Positions 53,721 through 63,066 of a stretch of 64,000 nt of DNA are shown here, one piece after another; the stretch's first letter is position 1, and each line of letters starts with the position of its first letter. The translations under genes were made by a program, and so were the position numbers. Source of the DNA: Planctomycetales bacterium (GTDB lineage Bacteria; 4484-113); NCBI GenBank assembly GCA_037441675.1, contig JBBIRS010000008.1, positions 32,366 to 96,365 on the forward strand, given 5' to 3'. The notes beneath the pieces were generated by a model. That model ran no database searches, was not told the DNA's origin, and saw only the letters and a list, made by a program, of their open reading frames with translations.

Positions 53721-55372
53721 CTCTTAACCTCCACCGCCGAGCCTTCCTCCTTAGTGTCTTTCTTCTCCTCGTTTTTACCTTCTGTTTCTTCCCTCTTTTC
53801 CCCTTTTATCTTGCTAATGGCCTTATCCAAGTCTTCACGGTACTTCTCTGGAATCTTAACTCTTGCTGTTCCAGCTCCGTTAACCTCAATATACTCTCTA
53901 TCAGAATAGTAGATTATTTGGTCGCCAAAGAATTCTTGGGCGTCCCTATCCCTAAAATAGGCATTACCGTTTGCGATGAATTTTTTTTCCGCATCATAAT
54001 ATAAGACTTCATCGGCTTTTGCCTCTCGGTCTTTTTGTCTAGCCGAAACCATTCCAGCGGCGTGTAGGTCATTTCTGTTAAGGAAAACAACTATTCTCTG
54101 AGCGGAAATATCAACTTCCTGCTGAATTACTTTCTTTAGTTCCTCCTCCTTGACACCTTCAAGAAGGTTCTCCTTAAACATCCATTCGCCACTCTTCTGC
54201 CATAATTCTGCGCCATCTTCAATAAAAAGAGCCTTCTGCTTACCTTCCTTACCTGGTTCAATGTAATTGCCGTAATAGGTGATGCGTCCACCCCGAGCGA
54301 ATCTACCCTTCTGCACTACAAGAGTTTCAGAGAATGTCCGAGCGTAATCCTCTCCCCAGAAATACTCAATGTCATCGCTGACAAAGTATGTTGTCTGTTG
54401 TCGCATCACTTTAAGCGCTGGGGCTTCCGATGGTTGGGGTTTTGATGGCAGAATCTTTCCCTTCGTGTTACCAATTGCCTGCGCCCACTTCGTGTCCAAA
54501 TGGACTTCAACATGATTTGCGTATAGCTCCACCTCCTTTTTCTTGAAAAACACAGGTGTTGGTTTCGGTTGAAATTGAGATACGTCCACCTCCTTCCCGT
54601 CCGGGGAGGTAATCCTGAAAGGCCTCTCATAGAATCTGCTCGTTCCAACGACTATTTGTCTGACACGGTCATATATCGCCTTTTCGGCTGTAATGATAAC
54701 GTCTTTGAACTCCTCCAATTGAACCTTTTCCCTGGTGAGTTCATGACGCTTGATAAGCTCCTCATCCTTAAACTCTTTAATGTAAACTTTAACGTGGCCA
54801 ACTCCTTCCATTTGATCCAGCGTCCTGTTTGATTGAAGATAGTCTGCTGTAATTTTATTGCCCTCCTCGGATATTATCGTTGCGCCCTTTGGAAACACAA
54901 ACTTCTGATAAAAGTCAAACCATCTAACCATCTCGGTTTCAACTTTAAGCCCATCAGCAGTGGTAAGGTCTATACCGTTGAACATCTCCATATTCCGCGA
55001 GTTTTGGTCATAGATGAGCGTGCCAACCTTAACCTCAATAGCCTTTTCCTTTTTGTCGTAAAACTCAGCTCTAGTATGGCTAAAAGTAACAAGACCCTTA
55101 TCCTCATCTACGGATAAGCTTTCAGCTTCAATGTTCCATACAAGTTCGCCGTCAGTATTAAACCCTCGAAGTTTTGGTTTCTCTAGCTCTAAGGCAGACC
55201 TCGCAGCCTTTTGTTCCTCTAAAATCTTTTTTAATTCTCTTTCACTCATTTCAAAGACGAAGCGGAAAATGGCAACGAGCGCAATAAATGCGAAGATTAG
55301 ACCTAGAAGGATTCTCTTTCTTGTCAGCCTTTCAAAAGCTAGATAGTCCCTTTCCTCGTTTTTGCCCTGCAT
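53717..55372 (-). CDS. LptC-like protein fused to extended LptA/OstA-like repeats
   Basis: TM anchor, LptC-like LEKPKLRGF..GELVWNIEAE, then AKADEVLYYDAEKKFIANGNA and FFGDQIIYY repeats. Confidence 0.7.
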   Translation of the reverse strand: MQGKNEERDYLAFERLTRKRILLGLIFAFIALVAIFRFVFEMSERELKKILEEQKAARSALELEKPKLRGFNTDGELVWNIEAESLSVDEDKGLVTFSHTRAEFYDKKEKAIEVKVGTLIYDQNSRNMEMFNGIDLTTADGLKVETEMVRWFDFYQKFVFPKGATIISEEGNKITADYLQSNRTLDQMEGVGHVKVYIKEFKDEELIKRHELTREKVQLEEFKDVIITAEKAIYDRVRQIVVGTSRFYERPFRITSPDGKEVDVSQFQPKPTPVFFKKKEVELYANHVEVHLDTKWAQAIGNTKGKILPSKPQPSEAPALKVMRQQTTYFVSDDIEYFWGEDYARTFSETLVVQKGRFARGGRITYYGNYIEPGKEGKQKALFIEDGAELWQKSGEWMFKENLLEGVKEEELKKVIQQEVDISAQRIVVFLNRNDLHAAGMVSARQKDREAKADEVLYYDAEKKFIANGNAYFRDRDAQEFFGDQIIYYSDREYIEVNGAGTARVKIPEKYREDLDKAISKIKGEKREETEGKNEEKKDTKEEGSAVEVKR

Positions 55373-55486
55373 TCTACCACCGATTATATCATCTAAGATT
55401 CTGATGTGTAATTAAGAATGAGGTGGATTCTGTTACAATCCTCTAAGTAAGACGAATCAACTAATTCTATTGTTGGGAGTGGATAA

Positions 55487-56743
55487 ATGAAGTATGAAAT
55501 TAAGGATATAAAGCTTGCGGATAAGGGAAAAGATAGAGCGGAATGGGCATTTATTCAAATGCCAGTCTTGGCGAGAATTCAGGAATCCTTCAGGGAAAGA
55601 AAACCACTTCTTGGTCAGAGAATTTCTGCTTGCCTACACATAACCGCGGAGACCGCAAATTTAATTAAAGTTCTTAAGGAAGGTGGAGCGGAAGTAAGTC
55701 TTTGCGCAAGCAATCCCCTCTCAACTCAGGACGATATCTCAGCCTATATGGTCAAACATTTGCAAGTGCCAACATTTGGCGTTAGAGGTTCAACTAGAGC
55801 GCAGTACTATCGCCACATTAAATCCGCATTGGAAATAGAGCCAACAATCACTTTGGATGACGGTTGTGATTTGGTCACCACTATCGTAAAAGCTGGACGA
55901 AATCGGTATAAGAGTGTCATTGGTGGAACTGAAGAGACCACAACAGGAGTTAATAGGCTTAGAGCTATGGAAAAGAGTGGACTGTTGCCATATCCAATAA
56001 TTGCTGTTAATGACGCTAAGACTAAGTACCTCTTTGATAACCGCTATGGCACTGGACAAAGCACCATTGACGGTATTCTCAGAGCCACGAATTTACTCCT
56101 TGCAGGTAAAACAGTTGTAGTGGCGGGATACGGCTGGTGCGGTAGAGGTATCGCTATGAGAGCATCCGGTATGGGGGCTAGAGTCATCGTGACTGAAGTG
56201 AATCCTCTGCGTGCGCTTGAAGCAGTTATGGACGGTTATAAAGTACTTCCAATGGTGAAGGCGGCATCACTGGGTGATATTTTCATTACCGCAACTGGAT
56301 GCAAGAATGTCATAACTAGCGCTCACTTTAACAGAATGAAAGATAATGCGGTTATTGCTAACTCTGGACATTTTGATGTGGAAATTGATGTTGCTTCCCT
56401 TAAGAAAATTGCGAAGAGCATTAAGAATGTAAGAGAAAACGCTCAAGTTTTTACCCTGAAGAGTGGAAGAAGAATTATTCTGCTCTCGGAAGGGCGATTG
56501 GTGAATCTGTCTGCTGCAGAAGGACATCCACCTGCGGTTATGGATATGAGCTTCGCTAATCAGGCTCTCAGCGTAGAATTCTTGATTAAGAATGGTTTTA
56601 CTCTTGAAAGAAAAGTGTACGAAGTCCCGGCTGAAATCGACATTAAGGTTGCAAAGCTTAAGCTTGAATCCCTAGGATTAAAAATTGACACATTAAGCAG
56701 GAGCCAAAAAGAATACTTATCCTCCTTCTCGTCTGGAACTTAA
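55487..56743 (+). CDS. ahcY: Adenosylhomocysteinase
   Basis: SNPLSTQD, EETTTGV, FDNRYGTGQS, GYGWCGRG, GHFDVEI, GRLVNL..GHP..VMDMSFANQ. Confidence 0.98.
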   Translation: MKYEIKDIKLADKGKDRAEWAFIQMPVLARIQESFRERKPLLGQRISACLHITAETANLIKVLKEGGAEVSLCASNPLSTQDDISAYMVKHLQVPTFGVRGSTRAQYYRHIKSALEIEPTITLDDGCDLVTTIVKAGRNRYKSVIGGTEETTTGVNRLRAMEKSGLLPYPIIAVNDAKTKYLFDNRYGTGQSTIDGILRATNLLLAGKTVVVAGYGWCGRGIAMRASGMGARVIVTEVNPLRALEAVMDGYKVLPMVKAASLGDIFITATGCKNVITSAHFNRMKDNAVIANSGHFDVEIDVASLKKIAKSIKNVRENAQVFTLKSGRRIILLSEGRLVNLSAAEGHPPAVMDMSFANQALSVEFLIKNGFTLERKVYEVPAEIDIKVAKLKLESLGLKIDTLSRSQKEYLSSFSSGT

Positions 56744-56749
56744 TATTTC

Positions 56750-57586
56750 ATGTGGATCTCTAAAGAAGAATTAACAGAACTAATCGATAAGGGCGTTGAA
56801 ACCCTTGAGCAAGCTGGATGCAAAACAGCGCATCTGCTTTTCCAAACCGGAAGTGGACAGTCATTCTATCCAACCCCTGCCGAGTGCATTGTGGATATTT
56901 CTTACAGTGAAGTTTATGGCTTTCCAGTGCCACGAGCGGAGGGGCATACAGGAAGGCTGCGGTATTACTCTTCGCCTTATGGCAACTTCTACGTAATGTC
57001 TGGGCGTTCTCATTTTTATGAAGGTTACGAAGGCTGGGAGGTCAGCCTTCCCATTCGTATTCTTCGGAAGTTAGATGTGAGAGATTTTATTTTTCTCAAT
57101 GCCGCAGGTGCTCTCACTGAAAAATATAAAGTGGGAAACATTGTGTTGATCAGTGACTTCATTGATTTAAGCGGTTCACATCCACTAAGAGGAATTCAAG
57201 CTAATAATAAACTGATAGAGTTTATCAACGTGTCAAAACCACTTGATTCTTTCTTGGAAGAAAAGATGATTGAAGCGGGGAGAAATGTAGGGGTAGAGTT
57301 AAAAGAGGGTGTTTACGCGATGGTTAGAGGGCCAAGATATGAAACAAGAGCTGAGTGTAATTACTTAAAAACCATTGGAGCAGAATTAGTAGGAATGAGC
57401 ACCATCCCGGAACTTGTAACAGCAATAGCTGTTGGAGGCAGAACTGCAGCACTCAGTCTTGTAACAAACTTAGCCTATTGCGAATTAACATCCCATGACG
57501 AGGTACTCACTGCTTCGGTAAATTTCTCGGAAAAACTTAATCGACTGCTAAACGAATTTGTTAAAATTTACTTTGAGGGGAAATGA
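56750..57586 (+). CDS. punA: Purine nucleoside phosphorylase (trimeric family)
   Basis: GHTG, GRSHFYEG, NAAG, GPRYETRAE, VGMSTIPE, VTN..HDEV. Confidence 0.88.
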   Translation: MWISKEELTELIDKGVETLEQAGCKTAHLLFQTGSGQSFYPTPAECIVDISYSEVYGFPVPRAEGHTGRLRYYSSPYGNFYVMSGRSHFYEGYEGWEVSLPIRILRKLDVRDFIFLNAAGALTEKYKVGNIVLISDFIDLSGSHPLRGIQANNKLIEFINVSKPLDSFLEEKMIEAGRNVGVELKEGVYAMVRGPRYETRAECNYLKTIGAELVGMSTIPELVTAIAVGGRTAALSLVTNLAYCELTSHDEVLTASVNFSEKLNRLLNEFVKIYFEGK

Positions 57587-57903
57587 TGTCTAAACCTCAC
57601 CAAGTTAGAGATTCATTTAATATCTGGAGTTTCATTTACCGAACCATTATCCTTCTTGTCATCTATGGGGCTTTTCTTCACTTTTCAGTTTCAACAATTT
57701 ATAAGTATTTGGAATACAGAAAGACCTCAAGTGACTTAAAAGCTAACTTGATGAGATACGAAGAATTATTCAGAAATTATACTGATGCATTGGTTAAGTC
57801 TGAAAGGTTAAAAAAGAATCCTATGTACCAAAGAGAAGTTTTGAAAAAGAGCGAACTTTTTATAGAAATGGATGAAGAACCGCTAATCATAGTTGACCAA
57901 TAG
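57583..57903 (+). CDS. Possible FtsB/DivIC-like septum formation initiator
   Basis: Single TM, coiled coil, then LKKNPMYQREVLKKSELFIEMDEEPLII, a divergent match to the FtsB layout. Confidence 0.45.
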   Translation: MMSKPHQVRDSFNIWSFIYRTIILLVIYGAFLHFSVSTIYKYLEYRKTSSDLKANLMRYEELFRNYTDALVKSERLKKNPMYQREVLKKSELFIEMDEEPLIIVDQ

Positions 57904-57960
57904 CGAAAAATTGTTAATCTCGGTAGAGAAGAAAAAAAGTAAAATTTTATGAACTAGTTA

Positions 57961-57989
57961 TTCACTAATTTCTAATAACATGCTATAAT
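57961..57989 (+). promoter_or_regulatory. Sigma70-type extended -10 promoter for the histone-like gene
   Basis: TTCACT (57961), 17-nt spacer, TGc-TATAAT (57984-57989). Confidence 0.6.
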
Positions 57990-58019
57990 ATAGTTATCTT
58001 ATTAAGAAGGAGGTAACCT

Positions 58020-58187
58020 ATGCCAATGAAGAAGGCGGCTGCCAAGAAGACTACTAAGAAGGCAACTGCGAAGAAGACCGCTAAGAAGACCGCCAGAAGA
58101 AGCCCGGCTGCGAAGAAAGCAACGAAGAAAGCCCCGGCAAAGAAAGCTACCAAGAAAGCCCCGGCAAAGAAAACCAAGAAGAAGTAA
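58020..58187 (+). CDS. Histone H1-like Lys/Ala-rich protein (55 aa)
   Basis: AAGGAGGT RBS at 58007. MPMKKAAAKKTTKKATAKKTAKKTARRSPAAKKATKKAPAKKATKKAPAKKTKKK. Not in the ORF track. Confidence 0.88.
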   Translation: MPMKKAAAKKTTKKATAKKTAKKTARRSPAAKKATKKAPAKKATKKAPAKKTKKK

Positions 58188-58205
58188 TATCGCAGTGACC
58201 TTCGG

Positions 58206-58244
58206 AACGTTTTACCATACGATTAATAACTGGTAAAACGTTTT
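58206..58244 (+). terminator. Inverted repeat downstream of the histone-like gene (possible terminator)
   Basis: aacgttttacca (58206-58217) pairs with tggtaaaacgtt (58231-58242); only a short T run follows. Confidence 0.45.
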
Positions 58245-58495
58245 GACTTGGAGAGTTCTACTCTACCAAGGGGTGGGCGTGGCGGGAACCTTGAAATAGT
58301 CTTCGCAAATTCTACACTCCAGGCTTCAGGTTATTTCACAAATTTTTCACCACTAATACTCATTGCCCACTTAGAAAACGCAAAATCTTTCTCAGCATTT
58401 ACGAAAATTAAAGTTTATTTTGACTTTGATAAGCGGCGAAATAAATTATGAATGCTAGACACAGTTTCACATTGAGAAGAACCTAGTAGAGGCTT

Positions 58496-59650
58496 TTAAG
58501 AGAATACTTCCCTAGGGAGTATCCCACGAGCAATGACGAGTCTTTGAATTTCATTAGTGCCCTCGTAAAGCTCAGTTATTTTAACTTCTCTAAAGTAGCG
58601 TTCCACTGGGAAGTCTGAAATATAACCGTAACCTCCATGCAGTTGAACCGCTTTGTCGCATACCCATCTTGCATTCTCGCTTGCAAACAATTTCGCCATA
58701 GCCGCCTCAACAATATGGGGCCTTTTTTGTTCCCGCAACCAAGCCGCGTAATATGTAAGAAGACGAGCGGCTTCCACTTTTGTCTTCATCTCTGAAACGA
58801 GGTTGTAAACGAGTTGAAATGAACCTATCTTTTTATCAAACTGCTCCCTTTCAGAAACATACTTAATAGTCTGCTCCAATGCACCCTGGGCGATGCCGGT
58901 TGCTTGAGCTGCTATCCCGATGCGTGAATCATTTAAGGCATCAAGGGCTAACTTGAAACCCTCTCCTTCCCCTTTTAGGAGATTCTCCTCGGGAACTTCC
59001 AAATCCTGAAGAAAAAGCTCCACTGTATCAGAAGAACCCATTCCCATTTTTTTCTCTTTCTTACCTATCACTAATCCGGGAAACTCTCTTTCCACTATGA
59101 ATGCTGAAATGCCCTTATGTCCGCCTGAGGGGTCAGTCTTTGCCATAATAATATAAATGTTCGCAATTTCTCCATTTGTGCAGAAAATCTTTTGACCATT
59201 AAGAATGTATTTTCCGTTTTTCTTAACCGCAGTTGCCTGAATATTTGCTGCATCACTACCTGCTCCGGGCTCGGAGAGTGCATACGCAGCGTAAATCTCC
59301 CCAGAGGCAATCCGCGGTAAGTACTTCCTCTTTTGTTCTTCAGTCCCGAACTTTACAATCGGTAGAGAACCAATTCCTACTTGCACAGCAAAAAATACAC
59401 CGAATGCGGAATCAACACGTGAAAGCTCTTCAATTATTATCGCCTCCGATACAGCGTCTAGCGGATTACCGCCATACTCTTCAGGAATTGAACTGCCGTA
59501 AAAGCCAAGTTTCCCGAATTCCTTTATTTCCTCAAGGGGAGGACGATTACTCTTATCTCGTTCATTAACTGTTGCTGCTAACACTTCATTAGCAAACTGT
59601 CTAACGGTTTCTCTAATCATCTTTTGAGTTTCAGTTGGTTCAAAGTTCAT
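58496..59650 (-). CDS. Acyl-CoA dehydrogenase (short-chain/butyryl-CoA type)
   Basis: ALSEPGAGSD, LNGQKIFCTNG, GKKEKKMG, REQF, QLHGGYGY, IT.LYEGTNEIQR. Confidence 0.95.
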   Translation of the reverse strand: MNFEPTETQKMIRETVRQFANEVLAATVNERDKSNRPPLEEIKEFGKLGFYGSSIPEEYGGNPLDAVSEAIIIEELSRVDSAFGVFFAVQVGIGSLPIVKFGTEEQKRKYLPRIASGEIYAAYALSEPGAGSDAANIQATAVKKNGKYILNGQKIFCTNGEIANIYIIMAKTDPSGGHKGISAFIVEREFPGLVIGKKEKKMGMGSSDTVELFLQDLEVPEENLLKGEGEGFKLALDALNDSRIGIAAQATGIAQGALEQTIKYVSEREQFDKKIGSFQLVYNLVSEMKTKVEAARLLTYYAAWLREQKRPHIVEAAMAKLFASENARWVCDKAVQLHGGYGYISDFPVERYFREVKITELYEGTNEIQRLVIARGILPREVFS

Positions 59651-59833
59651 ATGCTTCCTCCAATACTTTGGGGAATGAATCGTGCCTTAAGTATTATACT
59701 GTGAAGAGCAAATTAGCGCAGGCTCTTGATTATTATATTCTTAATAAAAGCGATTTGCTATGAAGTCATCAGTTTAACATCTAACAATTGGAAACTAAAA
59801 GGAAGAGATATAATGATTTCCGCTTAAGATGCC

Positions 59834-60781
59834 ATGAAACAAAGAATGTCAAAGATTGAGAGAGTAGAAGCGGCACTATCGCTAGAGGAGGTTGATCGTC
59901 CACCATTTTCGGTTTGGTACCACTTTGGCGACCAGCATCTAGAAGGCAAAGCTCATGCTGAAACCGAGTACAACTTTTTCCACCACTACAACTTAGACTT
60001 CCTAAAAGTTATGAATGATTACGAGTATCCCCGTCAAGAAGAGTTGTATGATATTAGGACACCGGAAGACTGGCGCAAACTACAAATTGTTAACCCATGG
60101 GATGTTAAAAGTTTCCGAGAACAATTAATCTGCTTAAGAGAATTAGATAAAAGGCTGAATGGTGAAGCTTACTTTATAGACACTATCTTTAGCCCATGGA
60201 CCACAGCAAGAAATATCTGCTATAAGTTCTTCACGCAACACATGGAGAATAATGAGGAGGATTTCTTATACGGATTAGACGTGATAACTACCAATCTGGA
60301 AAAGTATGTCTCTGCTTCAATAGAGGTAGGAGTTGATGGGATTTTTTTGTCCGTCGCTGGAGCAACAAAGGATTATATGAGTTTTGAAAGATACTTAAAA
60401 TTTGGGTTGCCGTTTGACCTACGAATCCTCCAAAGAGCAAAGGAATCCAAGTTTAACGTCCTGCATATCCATGGAAGTAACATCTATTTCAATGAATTAC
60501 TAAATTATCCCGTTAACGTTTTTAGCTGGGCAGATAGGGATAAGACTAATCCATCACTTTCAGATGCGAGAAGGTTAACTGAAAAATGCCTCATGGGAGG
60601 AATTGATCACACATCTCTTAAGGAAACCTACTTGCAAGATGTGGGGCATCAGATTGTATCAGCTATAAATGAGACTAATGGAAAAGGGTTGATTATTGCA
60701 CCTGGCTGTTCAATCAAGCCTAACACTTATGAAAGCCAAATCAGAAACATCCATAGTGTCTTAGAAGAGTTAGCAAAATGA
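59834..60781 (+). CDS. Uroporphyrinogen decarboxylase family protein (URO-D/MtaA-like, function uncertain)
   Basis: ERV.AAL..EEVDRPPFSVW.HF, TIFSPWT, LHIHG, CLMGGID, IIAPGCS. Confidence 0.85.
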   Translation: MKQRMSKIERVEAALSLEEVDRPPFSVWYHFGDQHLEGKAHAETEYNFFHHYNLDFLKVMNDYEYPRQEELYDIRTPEDWRKLQIVNPWDVKSFREQLICLRELDKRLNGEAYFIDTIFSPWTTARNICYKFFTQHMENNEEDFLYGLDVITTNLEKYVSASIEVGVDGIFLSVAGATKDYMSFERYLKFGLPFDLRILQRAKESKFNVLHIHGSNIYFNELLNYPVNVFSWADRDKTNPSLSDARRLTEKCLMGGIDHTSLKETYLQDVGHQIVSAINETNGKGLIIAPGCSIKPNTYESQIRNIHSVLEELAK

Positions 60782-60954
60782 AACTCAGAGGCATCTATTT
60801 TGTTCTTTATACCTGGGAGAAAACTTTACTATTGGGCAGAAATTGCGAACCGGGCTTTGGACATAGGACAAGGTAAAAATTTTAAGTTTTATGGTTACTT
60901 TGCTAAAATATAAATTTAGGGTATCATTCTTCCACCCCTAGGCTTAGGTTATAG

Positions 60955-62364
60955 ATGGATGAATTTAACCGCATAATTGATAGTGAGCTCTCTGCGAATT
61001 CCCCGATTCAGGGAGCTATTGTCACAGGAACTATTGTTCATATAGGCGAGACTGGTATCTTCGTAGACATTGGCACGAAGAGCGAGGGATTGCTACCCTT
61101 GGATCAAATCCAGGAGAAGGAACTTCCACGCCTTCAAGTCGGTGACGAAATAAAAGTCAAAGTTACGAAGAAGATAAATGGTGAATATCAACTCTCCAAG
61201 AAAGCGGTAGATTTAGAAGAAGCATGGAACAAGCTAGCGGTAGCATTCCGGGATAAGAAAGTTGTTGATATTGAAATTGCTAGAAGAGTTAAGAACGGTT
61301 ACATTTGCTATGCATTTGGCATAATAAGTGGTTTTGCCCACGATTCAAATTTTAATGCTCCGCCAGAGATTGGCGAAACCTACAAAACTCACATCCTTGA
61401 ATTTGACAGGAAGAATGAAAAGCTGGTGTTTTCAAGGAGGGAAATACTTAGAGAGGAAGAGAAGAAGAAGAAGACAGAGGAATTTTCTAGATTTAGCCCT
61501 GGAATGGTTGTGGAAGGCGAGGTGGAAAGTTTAACTAAGTATGGAGTCTTTGTTAGGCTTTCACCGAACGTCACAGGATTGGTGCATTTATCAGAGTTAG
61601 CATGGCGTCAAGTTAAAAAGCCTTCCGATGTCGTAAAAAAGGGTGAGAAAGTAAAGGTGAAGATTCTTCAAGTTGAACCTGAAAACCATCGTATTGCTCT
61701 CTCCATAAAGGCTACGCAATCTGATCCGCTTTCTTTGCTCTTGCCAGGCGAGGAAGTTGAAGGAAAGATTGAAAGCATTACTAACTTCGGCGTCTTTATC
61801 CAGCTAGATAATGGTCTTACCGGGCTTGCGCATATTTCCGAGCTTTCTTATAGAAGAGTGAATCATCCTTCGGAACTTTTCAAACCTAGACAAAAGGTTA
61901 AGGCTAAGGTGCTAAAGGTTGATACAGAACAAAGAAGGCTTGCTCTTTCAATTAAGGCTTGTGAACAAAATCCATGGGACACGATTCTTGAAAAGTATCC
62001 CCTTGGTACAGATATTCAAGGAGAAATTACCCAAATCATTGACACAGGGTTAGTAGTGAGAATAGATAGTTTTTTTGAAGGTTTTGTTCCCCGAGCAGAG
62101 ATTGGCATAGAGAGAATAGACAACCCTAAAAGAAAGCACAAGGTAGGAGAAACTCTCACCTTTAGAATAGTACACATAGATACTAAAAGAAGGAGAATAA
62201 GGCTATCACGAAAACAGGTTTTGTCAGAAGCGTCAAAACCCAAAAAGGAGGAAGTGGCGCCTCCTGAAGTTATTGATATTAAGCCAACACCATTAAAGGT
62301 CACGCTTGGCGATCTTGTGGATACAAGCAAAATAAAGGTTGAGGAGGATACTTCAGAGAAGTGA
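60955..62364 (+). CDS. rpsA: 30S ribosomal protein S1
   Basis: About five S1 repeats (VDIGTKSEG, YGVFV..GLVHLSEL, FGVFI..GLAHISEL); upstream of coaE. Confidence 0.9.
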   Translation: MDEFNRIIDSELSANSPIQGAIVTGTIVHIGETGIFVDIGTKSEGLLPLDQIQEKELPRLQVGDEIKVKVTKKINGEYQLSKKAVDLEEAWNKLAVAFRDKKVVDIEIARRVKNGYICYAFGIISGFAHDSNFNAPPEIGETYKTHILEFDRKNEKLVFSRREILREEEKKKKTEEFSRFSPGMVVEGEVESLTKYGVFVRLSPNVTGLVHLSELAWRQVKKPSDVVKKGEKVKVKILQVEPENHRIALSIKATQSDPLSLLLPGEEVEGKIESITNFGVFIQLDNGLTGLAHISELSYRRVNHPSELFKPRQKVKAKVLKVDTEQRRLALSIKACEQNPWDTILEKYPLGTDIQGEITQIIDTGLVVRIDSFFEGFVPRAEIGIERIDNPKRKHKVGETLTFRIVHIDTKRRRIRLSRKQVLSEASKPKKEEVAPPEVIDIKPTPLKVTLGDLVDTSKIKVEEDTSEK

Positions 62365-62993
62365 TACTTGGAATAACTGGTGGAATCGCTTGTGGAAAAT
62401 CCCTAGCGGGCAATATCCTAAATGAAGAAGGGCTTCCGATTATAGACGCGGATGAGGTTTCTCATTACCTTACCAAATACGACCTTAAGGTAATTGACCA
62501 GATTATTGATACTTTTGGAGAGTGCATTCTCACAAGCCATGGCCAGATCAATCGAAGAATGCTAGCAGAAATTGTTTTTGCTTCGCCTACCGAGAGGTCA
62601 AAGCTTGAGGCAATTCTGCACCCTAAAATTAAAAAGATTCTTTCCAACGTTATTGAATATGGCAGAAGGATGGGCTTCAACATGGTACTGGTGGCGCCAT
62701 TACTTATTGAAGCGAATTTTCAGCATATGGTTGATGTTATCTGGGTCATAAGTTCTGAAGAGAGAATTCAAGCCGAAAGATTAAGAAAGGAATATAAACT
62801 GAGCGAAATTGATGCTTACCGCAGAATCTCCGCTCAGCTACCCCTGAGAGAAAAAGAGGCATATGCAGATTACGTCATATACAATAATGGTTCCATAGCT
62901 GAGTTCAAGAAAAAGGTGTTAAATACTTGGCAACTATCCTTGAACGAATTTAAGAAAGCTAAGAAAGTTGTTCAAGCTAACAAGAAAAAGTGA
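62361..62993 (+). CDS. coaE: Dephospho-CoA kinase
   Basis: GITGGIACGKS, IDAD, LEAILHP, PLLIE, RISAQLP, ADYVIYNNG. Confidence 0.96.
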   Translation: MILGITGGIACGKSLAGNILNEEGLPIIDADEVSHYLTKYDLKVIDQIIDTFGECILTSHGQINRRMLAEIVFASPTERSKLEAILHPKIKKILSNVIEYGRRMGFNMVLVAPLLIEANFQHMVDVIWVISSEERIQAERLRKEYKLSEIDAYRRISAQLPLREKEAYADYVIYNNGSIAEFKKKVLNTWQLSLNEFKKAKKVVQANKKK

Positions 62994-63066
62994 ATGGATG
63001 CGTCTTCTATTTAGAACGCAAACGAGTGGAAAAGGAAAAAGATAAGGTTATTGAAGCATAAAATTC

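Noticed and set aside
55373..55486. SAH/SAM riboswitch before ahcY
   Set aside because: Short AT-rich divergent promoter region with no recognisable aptamer motifs.
57983..58177. Hydrophobic 64-aa minus-strand ORF
   Set aside because: It is the antisense shadow of the Lys/Ala-rich gene, which has the promoter and RBS.
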